From positions 11,202-75,201 of the forward strand of contig JAQBOG010000036.1 of assembly GCA_028288165.1 (NCBI GenBank): a DNA stretch of 64,000 nucleotides, given 5' to 3'. Shown piece by piece: positions 40,678-50,665 of the stretch. Within the stretch, counting starts at the first letter, position 1. The number at the start of each line of letters is the position of its first letter. A program made the translations under genes and the position numbers. The notes below the pieces were generated by a model. The model was not told the origin of the DNA. It saw only the letters and a program-made list of their open reading frames with translations, and ran no database searches. Origin of the DNA: Sphingobacteriales bacterium (lineage in GTDB: Bacteria > Bacteroidota > Bacteroidia > Sphingobacteriales > Sphingobacteriaceae).

Positions 40678-41664
40678 TTAATTAGGCTGAGCTATCTTGT
40701 CAAGTGCCAATAGCTTCCCTTCAGTATCAAATAAAAAACTCATGGGGTTTTCCGGATCTTTTTGGATCTCGAAAATATTAAAACCCCAGGGCTTCCAGAA
40801 GTTTTCTAATACCTGGCAAAAAGGTTTATTTTGCCAATGGTCAAAAAGTGGTTTGTTGCTCATCCCATGCAAAGGCATAGCTTCTAGATAAATGGCTTCA
40901 TCTGTTGTCAGTACGGTATATTCTGGAAGTCGGTTAAATAAGTAGTTCGAATAGTAAAATCGACCACATATTTCTTCATATTGAATGGGATGTATGGTAC
41001 TTCCTGCAACTTTCGATAAAACTTCCTGATGATATTTAGAATTTGCACCATTGTCTTGCAAACAAGCAATAATGCCAAAATCCTTCATACTCAATGAAAA
41101 CGTCAGGGTATTAATCTCATCACGATAGTTGAAATGATCAGTAGCATTGTCAACTTTAAAAATTTCATAACTCCAGGGAATACCAGTTTCAAATTCCACG
41201 GGTCTCACGAGTGATTGAAGCATCAGATGAAGGTTTGTAAACCGATGTTTCAACGCTTCAGAGAGTATTAACGGTTCGCCAGCCCGTTGCTGTTGCTTTA
41301 TCCCGATTTCTAGTTCATTGTAAAGGATTCCATAAACTAATTTTGCTATCCACTGAAATAAATCTAATTCTGGTAAATTGCAAACTGCATCATAACCTGA
41401 TAAAAAAGCATTCGCTATTTTACTCTCAAGTAAATCCGAGCTTGTTTGCACTTCTTCAGACATAGGTATTTTCATGTCTTGATAGGTAGCAATGCTTTCG
41501 TCGAGTAATTTAAAAGGTTTTTCGTTAAGCTGGTAATGTTGCATCAGCCATATAGGGAACACATAGTTGTGAACTTCGGGATTCTCAATTATATTGCCTG
41601 TTAAAAAGCAAGTATTGTTGCTAAAATTTAAACGCTTAAAAGGATTGTATACCAGAACTGCCAT
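40678..41664 (-). CDS. Conserved hypothetical protein with a degenerate HNH-like N-terminus
   Basis: 328-aa ORF with TATATTTG promoter; CFLTG...VFPIWL...LLDES..TY..MKIP pattern. Confidence 0.7.
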   Translation of the reverse strand: MAVLVYNPFKRLNFSNNTCFLTGNIIENPEVHNYVFPIWLMQHYQLNEKPFKLLDESIATYQDMKIPMSEEVQTSSDLLESKIANAFLSGYDAVCNLPELDLFQWIAKLVYGILYNELEIGIKQQQRAGEPLILSEALKHRFTNLHLMLQSLVRPVEFETGIPWSYEIFKVDNATDHFNYRDEINTLTFSLSMKDFGIIACLQDNGANSKYHQEVLSKVAGSTIHPIQYEEICGRFYYSNYLFNRLPEYTVLTTDEAIYLEAMPLHGMSNKPLFDHWQNKPFCQVLENFWKPWGFNIFEIQKDPENPMSFLFDTEGKLLALDKIAQPN

Positions 41665-41818
41665 TGGCGCAAATATAATAACATAGAGACTTCAGTCCGA
41701 CATTAACTGCTATTGGATATAGTCATTTGACATTAATGGGATTATCTTTGTTTATGAAGAGATGCAGTGGGCGTAAAAGGGTATTAAACTAAGTTCGATA
41801 TAAATATTAAAAATTGGG

Positions 41819-41912
41819 TTTGGGCGTTCGGGCGGGCTTTTCGTTACAATCTTTTCGCCCTGGAGAAGGGCAAAAAGGATTTTCACTACTATCCCTAACG
41901 CAAAACCTAGCA
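41819..41912 (-). ncRNA. Structured repeat, Flavo-1-like RNA motif, copy 3
   Basis: Reverse complement reads tgctaggttttgcgttaggga..aaaatcctttttgccct..agggcgaaaagattgtaacgaaaagcccgcccgaacgcccaaa. Confidence 0.72.
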
Positions 41913-42060
41913 AACATTATAAAACGCATTTTTGAGTTCTAATCATACATTTAAAACGGAATCAAGCTATTAAGATTTCGTATCAACTTTATAGGCTCTT
42001 AGAATGTTGGTTTCCCTTGAACAGAATGCTAAGCCAATACGCATGCTCAACACTAAAATA

Positions 42061-43077
42061 ATGAAGCTTACCTATCAACCCTACCAACTCAACTTAAAAT
42101 ACCCTTTTACCATTGCCCATTATTCACGAACTCATACTCCACTCATTTTATTACAAATTGAGCACGAAGGAATAACTGGATTTGGTGAAGCCTCGATGGT
42201 GCCTTATATGGGCGAAAATTTTGAAACAGCTTCAATCTTTTTGAAGAAAGTGGATGTGTCATGGCTAAAGTTTCCCTTAAATTTTGACGAGGTAATTACT
42301 TATTTGGATTGTATTACACCTGGACACCCGGCAATCAAGGCCGCTATAGATATCGCTTTACATGATCTGGAAGGAAAGATCTTTGCTATTCCATGTTACA
42401 AATCGTTTGGGTCCCAATCTGATAAAATGCCTGTTACTTCCATCACCATTGGCATGGATACACCCCAGGTAATTGTTCAGAAAGTGCTGGAAGCCAAGCA
42501 ATGCAAGATTCTTAAAGTTAAATTGGGAGGCCAAAATGATAAAGCCTTAATTGAAACAATTCGATCTATTAGCAATTTACCACTGTATGTAGATGCTAAC
42601 CAAGGTTGGACACATCTCGAAAAAAGCCTTGATTTTATTTATTGGTTAAAAGAGCAAGGCGTATTGCTTATTGAACAACCAATGCCTAAGAATGATATAA
42701 CATCAAATTCGTGGTTGACAGAAAATAGCCCTATACCTATTATAGGTGATGAAGCTGTTCAGCGGCTAGGCGACGTGAGTAAGGCCAGTGGTGTTTACCA
42801 CGGAATTAATATTAAGCTGATGAAAAGTGCCGGCATGCATGAAGCCCATCAAATGATATTAAAGGCACGAGATTTAAATCTTAAAGTTTTGATAGGTTGT
42901 ATGAGCGAAACGAGTTGTGCTACACTTGCTTCCGCCGCTTTAGCTCCGTTATGTGATTGGGCGGATTTAGACGGCCCCTTTTTGACTAAAAATAACCCTT
43001 ATGGGGATCCAATGTTTAGAAGCGGAAAATGGGTTTTAACGGATGATCCAGGCTTAGGCTTAGTTAAAAAAGCCTAA
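42061..43077 (+). CDS. Dipeptide (L-Ala-D/L-Glu) epimerase, enolase superfamily
   Basis: GFGEA, LKVKLG, VDANQG, IEQP, GDE, NIKLMK, GCMSE and DLDGP motifs; start taken at ATG 42061. Confidence 0.92.
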   Translation: MKLTYQPYQLNLKYPFTIAHYSRTHTPLILLQIEHEGITGFGEASMVPYMGENFETASIFLKKVDVSWLKFPLNFDEVITYLDCITPGHPAIKAAIDIALHDLEGKIFAIPCYKSFGSQSDKMPVTSITIGMDTPQVIVQKVLEAKQCKILKVKLGGQNDKALIETIRSISNLPLYVDANQGWTHLEKSLDFIYWLKEQGVLLIEQPMPKNDITSNSWLTENSPIPIIGDEAVQRLGDVSKASGVYHGINIKLMKSAGMHEAHQMILKARDLNLKVLIGCMSETSCATLASAALAPLCDWADLDGPFLTKNNPYGDPMFRSGKWVLTDDPGLGLVKKA

Positions 43078-43652
43078 TGCTTCCATTGGAATGTCTTTAT
43101 AAATACATCAATATCTTTCTTTAAAAAATCAAGAGAGGGTTGGATAGAATCCAGATTTGGTTTTTCATTAAAGTATAGAGCACCGCGTAAATAGTTCGTG
43201 TTACTATCTGTCAAAAAAAACTGAATTGCTGAAGCGGTATTCCCATCAATAGAATATAATGTTCCATAAACCTTTTTGTTGGGATAAGAAATAGTGGCCT
43301 CATCAATGGCAGTCGCTTTAACTGTATGTTTAAACGCAAATGTTCTTGCGGCCTCTACAAGTTCATCAAATGCTTTTTTTGAAGTTATGGGTTGGTATGT
43401 TAAATGTATTCGGCTGTTAAATTGTTTAAACGATACATCAAGAAAGCAAGGCTGAGCATTCTTTGCACTATCAGGTACTACACTCGCATAAACAGGGTAA
43501 GAAAAAGAGTATGGGCAGGTACTTTCGAACTTTTGATAAGCTTTTTTAGGCAGATCAATTTTATAGTACCCACGGGGTTTAGGCGAATAATCTTGCCCAC
43601 AAGCGGCCAAGAAAACAACGGCAATTAAGCAATATGGGCTCAATTTAAGCAT
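43074..43652 (-). CDS. gldD: Gliding motility lipoprotein GldD
   Basis: Lipobox LAAC; PKPRGY, KHTVKATAI, QFFLTDS, GALYF, PNLDSIQP. Confidence 0.92.
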   Translation of the reverse strand: MLKLSPYCLIAVVFLAACGQDYSPKPRGYYKIDLPKKAYQKFESTCPYSFSYPVYASVVPDSAKNAQPCFLDVSFKQFNSRIHLTYQPITSKKAFDELVEAARTFAFKHTVKATAIDEATISYPNKKVYGTLYSIDGNTASAIQFFLTDSNTNYLRGALYFNEKPNLDSIQPSLDFLKKDIDVFIKTFQWKH

Positions 43653-44431
43653 TAGCTATTCCAAATTTCCCAAGATCTTTCTGCTTGTAGATGAAGCATC
43701 TGCAAACCATTTTTAGTAATGGCACCTTTTTCTCGCCCCCGGCGTAAAAATTCAGTTTCTTCTGGATTGTATACCAGGTCATACAATAAATGCTTACTTG
43801 TTAAAAACTCATAAGGTATATCAGGGCAAGCCTCTAGATTCGGAAATGTACCTACGGGAGTGGTATTTATAATTAGTAAACGTTCTTTTAAAATGTCGTT
43901 GTTAAGCTGTGTGTAGTTTAATTCTTTCCGAATTGCCCGTCTTGAAACAATTTTGAAGTTGATGTCAAGTTTATTCAAAACATATGAAACTGCTCGTGCA
44001 GCACCACCGTTACCCAAAATAAGGGCTTTTGTGTGATACTTTTGTAATAACGGCTTTAAAGACATCTCAAAGCCATAGGCATCGGTATTGTGACCTTCCA
44101 GCCTTAATTTTAATGAAGATAGCTCGCCGCTAAAAAAATCTTCAACAGGGTGATGATTTATGATCTTGATACAATTAACAGCGTCAATTTCTTTCGCTGC
44201 GGGATCTATCTTGTCCATATAGTACATGATACCGATTTTATGTGGTACAGTAACGTTTAACCCGCATAAATCAGGGTTTGCTTTTAGAATTTCTGGAAAT
44301 TCGTTCAGGTTTGGAAGCGGGAAAGCTTCATACTCATGATCTTCAAATCCCTCTTTTTGGAATTTTTCTGTAAAGTATTTTTTTGAAAAAGAATGGGTAA
44401 GCGGGTACCCAATGAGACCGAATTTTTTCAT
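43652..44431 (-). CDS. aroE: Shikimate dehydrogenase
   Basis: GYPLTHSFS, NVTVPHK, AVNC, NTD, GNGGAA, NTTPVG and DLVYNP motifs. Confidence 0.93.
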   Translation of the reverse strand: MKKFGLIGYPLTHSFSKKYFTEKFQKEGFEDHEYEAFPLPNLNEFPEILKANPDLCGLNVTVPHKIGIMYYMDKIDPAAKEIDAVNCIKIINHHPVEDFFSGELSSLKLRLEGHNTDAYGFEMSLKPLLQKYHTKALILGNGGAARAVSYVLNKLDINFKIVSRRAIRKELNYTQLNNDILKERLLIINTTPVGTFPNLEACPDIPYEFLTSKHLLYDLVYNPEETEFLRRGREKGAITKNGLQMLHLQAERSWEIWNS

Positions 44432-44457
44432 TGTAATGTCAGTATTATCCTAATAGA

Positions 44458-45228
44458 TTATACCTCAGTTTTATTTAAGAAATGACTAAATGTATCTCCG
44501 CGTAAGCCAAGACGGATAGTTTCTAGTGGAATAACCTCTGCAGGTGCAATGTTGCCCAGATTTACGTTGGTGCCAATAAGTTTAATAAACCATACTTGTT
44601 GGGCTTTTTGAGGGGCCTCCCAAATAATAGCTTCTTCGGGTATCTGTGTTAAAATTTCATCAACCAAGCCTTGGCGAACCTCTCCAGAATCGCGGTAGAT
44701 GCCTACATTACCACTTTCACGGGCTTCGGCAATAACTTTCCATGAGCCAGCCTCAAGTTCAGCTTTCATTAAAGCAATCCATTTATAGGGAGCTAAAATT
44801 TTAGTTTCGTCTTTTGAGCCAACTTCAGAAATTACAGTAACTTGTCCTTTCAGTTTGTGGATGTATTCACACTTGATGTCATGCGGAATTTCGATGGATC
44901 CATCAGAAACTTCTGCATACTTCATGTCGTATTTGTCAAGCAATCGACGATAGTCATCAAATTGGTCGCGGATTATAAAGGCTTCAAACAGTGTTCCACC
45001 AAAATATGTTGGTATACCTGCATTTAAATAAGCTTTTAACTTATCTTCTAAATTGGGAGTAACGTAAGACGTTGCCCAACCAAGTTTAACAATATCCGTG
45101 TGTGTTCCTGAAACTTCCAGAAAATCCTCTATCTGACGAATACTAAGTCCCTTGTCCATTACCATTGTTAAACCAGATTCTCTAGGTTTTTGAGGGCGTT
45201 GAGGGATATCTTTAAGCATATAATTCAT
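44458..45228 (-). CDS. comA: Phosphosulfolactate synthase (ComA family)
   Basis: KPRESGLTMVMDKG, DIVKLGW, GGTLFE, EVSDG, SEVGSK, EARESG, WEAP and LETIRLGLRGDT motifs. Confidence 0.9.
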   Translation of the reverse strand: MNYMLKDIPQRPQKPRESGLTMVMDKGLSIRQIEDFLEVSGTHTDIVKLGWATSYVTPNLEDKLKAYLNAGIPTYFGGTLFEAFIIRDQFDDYRRLLDKYDMKYAEVSDGSIEIPHDIKCEYIHKLKGQVTVISEVGSKDETKILAPYKWIALMKAELEAGSWKVIAEARESGNVGIYRDSGEVRQGLVDEILTQIPEEAIIWEAPQKAQQVWFIKLIGTNVNLGNIAPAEVIPLETIRLGLRGDTFSHFLNKTEV

Positions 45229-45295
45229 AAATTTTATGCAAATCTCAAAAAAAAATCCAAAACTGAAAGCTTTGGAATCTTTTAAAGAGTTTTTG

Positions 45296-46699
45296 TTAAC
45301 GGGTGTACCTGTTTATTATATCTACAATGATTTTATTATCATGTAATTGTGGCAGGTATTCAAATAAAATATAATGTTTATCCGGATCGGTATTTAAACC
45401 AGTTTCCAAATAAGTTAAAGCTTCATTGTATTGCCCATCTGCGAAAAGGTAAGCTACCATTCTATAATATAACTCTGCAGCATCAGGATTATTTTTAATC
45501 GCTTCAGATATAGTTTCAATCGCTCTAACTAAATTACTTTGCTCGTAAAGAATCGAGGAGTAATCCAACCAGGCCTCTACATCAAGCGGATTTATTTCAA
45601 CTACTTTCTCGTAAGCGGCAACAGACTCATCAAACGCTTTAAGCTTGTATTGTGCATCTGCAATTGCGAACCAATAATCAGCATTATTATTGTTTATATC
45701 TAATGCTTTTCTGTAAAAATACAGTGATTCAAAATGACGTTCTTCAAAGTCAAGCGTTACGCCAATTCCAAACCAAGCATCTGCTTGTTGAGGATCGAGT
45801 TTTACAGACTTTTTATAATATGAGCGAGCCTCGTCCATGCGCTCCAGTTTCTCATAACATTCACCTATGGCACAATATGTATCGCCAGAAGGTGGTTCGT
45901 ACTCATACGTTTGTTTATAAACCTCTATAGCCTCTGCAAACCGATCTAAATGTACCAAGGCATTTCCCTTGTTAAAATAAGCTGATGCAAAGTTTTCTTT
46001 AATCAAAATGGCGTAATCATAGGCGTCAATAGCTTTTTCATACAAGTTCATTTTGTTGAAAGAGTTTCCTAAATTGTACCATGCTGCGTAAGAATATGGC
46101 TCGTTATTAATGTATTGTTGGTAAAATTTGATGCTTTCTTCTTGCTTGTCGAGTACATCATAACAAAATGCCAATTCATACAAAGCATCCTGGTTTTCCA
46201 TGTTTTGCTCCAAACACATTTTTAGATAGTAAACAGACTTCTCATAGTCACCATTGTTTTGATGAACATAGGCTATGTGAAGAAGAATTTCATCAGTCTG
46301 TTCGGCAAGATTCAACGCTTTTTCATAGTTCTCCAAAGCATCTACATGGTTTTCCAACTCTTCGTAAATATTCCCTCTAATCGAGTAAATATCTGCCTCC
46401 GAAGGTTCAAGCATTTCTGCTTTATTCAGTGCATCAAATGCTTTATCAATTTGGTTTGTTAACAAATAAAGTTGTGCCTTTTTTATATAAAAAACAGTTG
46501 CAAACGGATGCTGACTAACAGCATACTCAATTACCTGTAAAGCTTTTATCGGGTCGTTTTTTTCAGCGTAATATTCTATAATACTTTCAAAAGCTTGGGC
46601 ATCAAAAAAATACTGATCCTGATTGCGGATCATCTCTTCATAGCGTTCAACTGAAAACCTGGGGTCCTCAGAAAAATCAAATTCGAAATCTTCTTCCAT
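45296..46699 (-). CDS. Tetratricopeptide-repeat protein
   Basis: Many TPR units (AWYNLGN, AYFNKGN, AWFGIG). Confidence 0.92.
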   Translation of the reverse strand: MEEDFEFDFSEDPRFSVERYEEMIRNQDQYFFDAQAFESIIEYYAEKNDPIKALQVIEYAVSQHPFATVFYIKKAQLYLLTNQIDKAFDALNKAEMLEPSEADIYSIRGNIYEELENHVDALENYEKALNLAEQTDEILLHIAYVHQNNGDYEKSVYYLKMCLEQNMENQDALYELAFCYDVLDKQEESIKFYQQYINNEPYSYAAWYNLGNSFNKMNLYEKAIDAYDYAILIKENFASAYFNKGNALVHLDRFAEAIEVYKQTYEYEPPSGDTYCAIGECYEKLERMDEARSYYKKSVKLDPQQADAWFGIGVTLDFEERHFESLYFYRKALDINNNNADYWFAIADAQYKLKAFDESVAAYEKVVEINPLDVEAWLDYSSILYEQSNLVRAIETISEAIKNNPDAAELYYRMVAYLFADGQYNEALTYLETGLNTDPDKHYILFEYLPQLHDNKIIVDIINRYTR

Positions 46700-46959
46700 C
46701 TGAATATAAGGGATTAAGAACGTAAGACAATAAGGCTACTTGGATAGTTCAATAACTTTGCCATTCATTTTGTTTTTGAATTTAGCCTTAAATGGCAGCT
46801 ATTAATTGTTTACTTTTCCACATACTGACACTACAAGGCGTAATATGTTGATTTGAAATCAATAATCAATGTTCTATGTGTGGAAATATGAAGTGCATAA
46901 ATCTCCATTTAACCTTCGCGGCATTAAATGTTTATCTTTAGGTAAAATTACGAAAAATT

Positions 46960-48501
46960 ATGCAGATAGACATTAAATCGATTTTGCAACGCTTGCAGAT
47001 AAGAGATATAAATGACGGCTGTAGTTCAGGAGCGACCGTTTCGGGTTCTCGTCAAGAGAATATTCACGATGTTGTTTCTCCGGTTGATGGCCAAATTATC
47101 GCCTCTGTAAAACATTCGTCAATTGATGATTATCAACAAGTTGTAGAAAAAGCTAACGCTGCATTTACGAGCTGGAAGGTAATGCCTGCGCCTAAGCGGG
47201 GTGAAATAGTGAGGCAGTTTGGTCAGGCTTTACGTGATAAAAAGGATGATTTAGGCAAGCTGGTTTCGTATGAAATGGGCAAAAGTTTACAAGAAGGTTA
47301 CGGAGAAGTGCAAGAGATGATTGACATATGCGACTTTGCAGTGGGCTTGTCACGTCAACTTTACGGCTTAACCATGCATTCTGAGCGTCCTCAACACCGT
47401 ATGTATGAGCAATGGCATCCTATCGGGATTGTAGGTGTAATTTCTGCCTTTAACTTTCCGGTTGCTGTATGGTCATGGAATGCTGCTCTTGCCTGGGTTT
47501 GTGGTGATGTCTGTATTTGGAAACCATCAGAAAAGACACCCCTGACTGCCATTGCTTGTCAGCATATTATTCAAAAGGTTTTAACGGAAAATGACATCCC
47601 GGAAGGTGTTTCGAACCTTATAATTGGTGGAAAAGAGATTGGGGAGTTAATAAGTAATGACGTTCGTATTCCTTTATTATCAGCTACCGGCTCCACTAAA
47701 ATGGGTAAAGCTGTTGGTGCTGCGGTTGGTGCCCGATTGGGGAAGAGTTTGCTCGAGCTAGGAGGAAATAATGCGATTATAATTTCCCAGCATGCAGATT
47801 TGGAAACCTCATTAATAGGTGCCGTTTTTGGCGCTGTGGGCACTGCTGGCCAGCGTTGTACAAGCACCAGGCGTTTAATCATTCACGAAAGTATATACAA
47901 TGAGTTTAAAGATAAATTGGTTAATGCCTACAAACAATTAAGGATAGGCAATCCATTAGATGAAAATAATCATGTAGGGCCATTGATTGATAAGGCTGCC
48001 GTGGCCTCCTTCTTGCAAGCTATTGAAAGGTGTAAGTCACAAGGAGGTAATTTCGTTGTAAATGGAAGTGTGCTGGAAGGCGATGAATTCTCTTCAGGAT
48101 GTTACGTATTGCCTTGCATTGCAGAGGTAACTAACGACATGGAAATTGTACAGCATGAAACATTCGCACCAATACTTTACCTCATTAAATATCGCGAGTT
48201 AGAAGAAGCTATTGCTATCCAGAATGATGTTCCACAAGGTTTGTCCTCTGCCATCATGACGCTAAATTTGCGTGAAGCAGAGCTTTTCCTTTCGCAAAGC
48301 GGATCAGACTGTGGAATTGCAAATGTAAACATTGGTACTTCAGGGGCAGAAATTGGAGGAGCTTTCGGTGGCGAAAAAGAAACCGGCGGCGGTCGTGAAT
48401 CAGGTTCTGACGCATGGAAAGTATATATGAGAAGACAAACGAATACCATCAATTATGGCAACACGTTGCCGTTAGCTCAAGGGATAAAATTCGACTTATA
48501 A
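46960..48501 (+). CDS. amaB: Aldehyde dehydrogenase family 7 (piperideine-6-carboxylate / aminoadipate-semialdehyde dehydrogenase)
   Basis: SAFNFPVAVWSWN, LELGGNNA, GTAGQRCT, ETFAPILY, GAEIGGAFGGEKETGGGRESGSD. Confidence 0.88.
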   Translation: MQIDIKSILQRLQIRDINDGCSSGATVSGSRQENIHDVVSPVDGQIIASVKHSSIDDYQQVVEKANAAFTSWKVMPAPKRGEIVRQFGQALRDKKDDLGKLVSYEMGKSLQEGYGEVQEMIDICDFAVGLSRQLYGLTMHSERPQHRMYEQWHPIGIVGVISAFNFPVAVWSWNAALAWVCGDVCIWKPSEKTPLTAIACQHIIQKVLTENDIPEGVSNLIIGGKEIGELISNDVRIPLLSATGSTKMGKAVGAAVGARLGKSLLELGGNNAIIISQHADLETSLIGAVFGAVGTAGQRCTSTRRLIIHESIYNEFKDKLVNAYKQLRIGNPLDENNHVGPLIDKAAVASFLQAIERCKSQGGNFVVNGSVLEGDEFSSGCYVLPCIAEVTNDMEIVQHETFAPILYLIKYRELEEAIAIQNDVPQGLSSAIMTLNLREAELFLSQSGSDCGIANVNIGTSGAEIGGAFGGEKETGGGRESGSDAWKVYMRRQTNTINYGNTLPLAQGIKFDL

Positions 48502-48665
48502 AAAACATTTTTGTTAAATAACATAAAGTACACGTAAGTTTAAGGGGCAGAAAACGAAAAGCTTTCCATGTTAGGAAGTCACGATTACTAAATATATTAG
48601 TGATCTAAAAGTTCAAGAACACAAATTATCTTGACTCCAATTCTTTTTCAAATACTACTAATACC

Positions 48666-49232
48666 ATGGAAAGCCTTTTTCACTTTATATTTGAGCTTGT
48701 TAAAATTGCAGCGCTGGCGTGTTTTTACTCTTCTATTGTACTTTTATTTTTTATAGCACTTGGATACCTTAAATCTAATTGCTGGTTCGATAGAATGGTA
48801 AAAGATAAATACCGTTTTTGGTCTCGTGGAAGTCTTTATATTTCAATTGCCCTCTTTGTATTTATGTGGACTTATTGGGGAGACCACGGTCTTGGTGATA
48901 ATTCTGTTGTGCCGGTAGGGCATTTTAAAACAGTCGAATACGGTGGCGGCGCTCATATTACGCCAAAGCTAGAAGGGCAAGTTAGCTTTCAAACTTTTGC
49001 TATCGACGATAAGAGATTATATGCATCTTCTGTCCAAAAAAGTACTGGGGGTGACAAATATGATTTCTTGGTTTGGAACCTGAGCACTGACGAGGTAAAG
49101 TATTATCCCACAGAAGTAGAATATATGGCTCAGGCTGATTTGCAAAACTTTCCAAAGTTTGACTCTTTTCATGAGTTTGATTACCACTACAGTAAGCATT
49201 GGAACGGATGGCGATTATGGTTCTTGCCATGA
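48666..49232 (+). CDS. Hypothetical membrane protein
   Basis: Two N-terminal TM segments; YWGDHGLGD motif; Trp-rich C-terminus. Confidence 0.7.
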   Translation: MESLFHFIFELVKIAALACFYSSIVLLFFIALGYLKSNCWFDRMVKDKYRFWSRGSLYISIALFVFMWTYWGDHGLGDNSVVPVGHFKTVEYGGGAHITPKLEGQVSFQTFAIDDKRLYASSVQKSTGGDKYDFLVWNLSTDEVKYYPTEVEYMAQADLQNFPKFDSFHEFDYHYSKHWNGWRLWFLP

Positions 49233-49339
49233 ACTCAGTTTGTCATTATTTAGAAAAGGCGACATCGTAATAGTGTTTAGTTCTGAGGAATGGTGGACAC
49301 TTGACCTAAGTGGCATTTAAATTAGGAATCGCCATTACC

Positions 49340-49885
49340 TTAAATATTCGTCTTAGTGTTTATTGACAAAAAGCGGTCAATAATTTCACATGCATTCTCA
49401 AAGCGTAGGTTGTCTGATCCAGATATTAGTTGATATTTAGCCTTCAAGGCTTGGAGTTCTAAATGCCAAACATTTAAAAAGTGTTCTCTTAAGTGAGGAA
49501 AATCACGTAATGGATCTTCCTGCCATGGAAGATCTATATCCATTAGTAAGTAAAAATCGTATGGATGCTTTGGCAATTCATCTAATACTTCTTGTGGTGA
49601 AGTTCCGAAGGTATAATCGCTCCAAATTTTAACGGTTATAAAAGTGGTATCACAAATAAGGAGCTTGTTTGCTGACGGTAGTAATTCCTCCTCTAGCTTT
49701 AATTGGCCATGGAACATATTAATTTCATCTTGCCAGGTACATTCTTCGGTTAGGTTTGAACAATATTCCCTCGCATATTCAGGAACCCATACCGTTTGAT
49801 AAAAATTTGCTAATTGGGCCGAAATTGTGGATTTGCCCGTTGATTCTGGACCAACAACAGCTATTTTAATAATATTGTTGCTCAT
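49340..49885 (-). CDS. NadR-like ATPase/kinase (AAA_28), probable nicotinamide riboside kinase
   Basis: GPESTGKST, VPEYARE, LICDT and WQEDPLR motifs; overlaps the pnuC stop. Confidence 0.88.
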   Translation of the reverse strand: MSNNIIKIAVVGPESTGKSTISAQLANFYQTVWVPEYAREYCSNLTEECTWQDEINMFHGQLKLEEELLPSANKLLICDTTFITVKIWSDYTFGTSPQEVLDELPKHPYDFYLLMDIDLPWQEDPLRDFPHLREHFLNVWHLELQALKAKYQLISGSDNLRFENACEIIDRFLSINTKTNI

Positions 49886-50490
49886 TGTTTAGCCATTTGC
49901 AATTTGTGTTCCTTTCGCCATTCCAAATAACCAATAGCTGCAATTACCACATACAAAGCATACATTCCCGAAGTTAAATACAAGCCTTTTGCAACGTATA
50001 CGCCTATGTAAATAACATCAACAAATATCCAGATGAGCCAATTCTCTATTATTTTTCTCGCCAAAAAGAATTGAGCAACAATGCTGCAAGCGGTGCAAAA
50101 GCTATCAGTAAATGGAAACGAAGCATCGGTATTTTTCCTTAAAACAAACCCAAGCAATGCAGTAAATATTACAATTGCTAGCATCGAAATTAAAGCTTCC
50201 TTGCGGGATAATTTAGCTATTCGTGTAGTTTGTCCACTAGATTTCTGACTCCAAAAATACCACCCATACACAATGGTTATGAAAAAATAAACCTGTAAAC
50301 CCATATCTGCATACAGCTTTGCCTTGAAAAAAATTACCATGTAAGCGATGATACTTAAAGCAGCCACAGGCCAATTCAATATATGGTTTTTAGCAGCCAA
50401 ATAAACACAGAGAATTCCTGTGATAACTCCAAAAACTTCTAGCGGGCTTTGCGCTTTTACCCATTCAACAAATAATGACAGTAGTACCAA
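49882..50490 (-). CDS. pnuC: Nicotinamide riboside transporter PnuC
   Basis: NWP, LYAD, YGWYFW, PFTDSF, RKIIENWLIWI and GYLEW motifs; start codon uncertain (TTG). Confidence 0.92.
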   Translation of the reverse strand: MVLLSLFVEWVKAQSPLEVFGVITGILCVYLAAKNHILNWPVAALSIIAYMVIFFKAKLYADMGLQVYFFITIVYGWYFWSQKSSGQTTRIAKLSRKEALISMLAIVIFTALLGFVLRKNTDASFPFTDSFCTACSIVAQFFLARKIIENWLIWIFVDVIYIGVYVAKGLYLTSGMYALYVVIAAIGYLEWRKEHKLQMAKQ

Positions 50491-50520
50491 CTTATTGATC
50501 TTGAAAAAACAATATTAAGC

Positions 50521-50553
50521 AAAAAATCCCTCCTCTTATTTGAGGAAGGATTT
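50521..50553 (-). terminator. Intrinsic terminator downstream of the 50666-51196 lipoprotein gene
   Basis: aatccctcctc/gaggaaggatt stem with a T run on the minus strand. Confidence 0.7.
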
Positions 50554-50604
50554 AATTGACCGGAGTATTGTATTAATAAGGGTACCTCTAAAAACTCCAA
50601 ATAA

Positions 50605-50636
50605 CCCTTCTCTACTGGAGAAGGGAAGGGATGAGG
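50605..50636 (+). repeat. REP-like element (CCCTTCTC..GAGAAGGG..GGGATGAGG type)
   Basis: Hairpin cccttctc-tactg-gagaaggg with tail aagggatgagg. Confidence 0.55.
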
Positions 50637-50665
50637 CTAAAAAAAGAGCAGTTTTATAGGTGCCC

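Noticed and set aside
50491-50604. NAD or other riboswitch upstream of pnuC
   Set aside because: There are only ~30 nt between the upstream gene's terminator and the start, and no aptamer-like conservation is seen.
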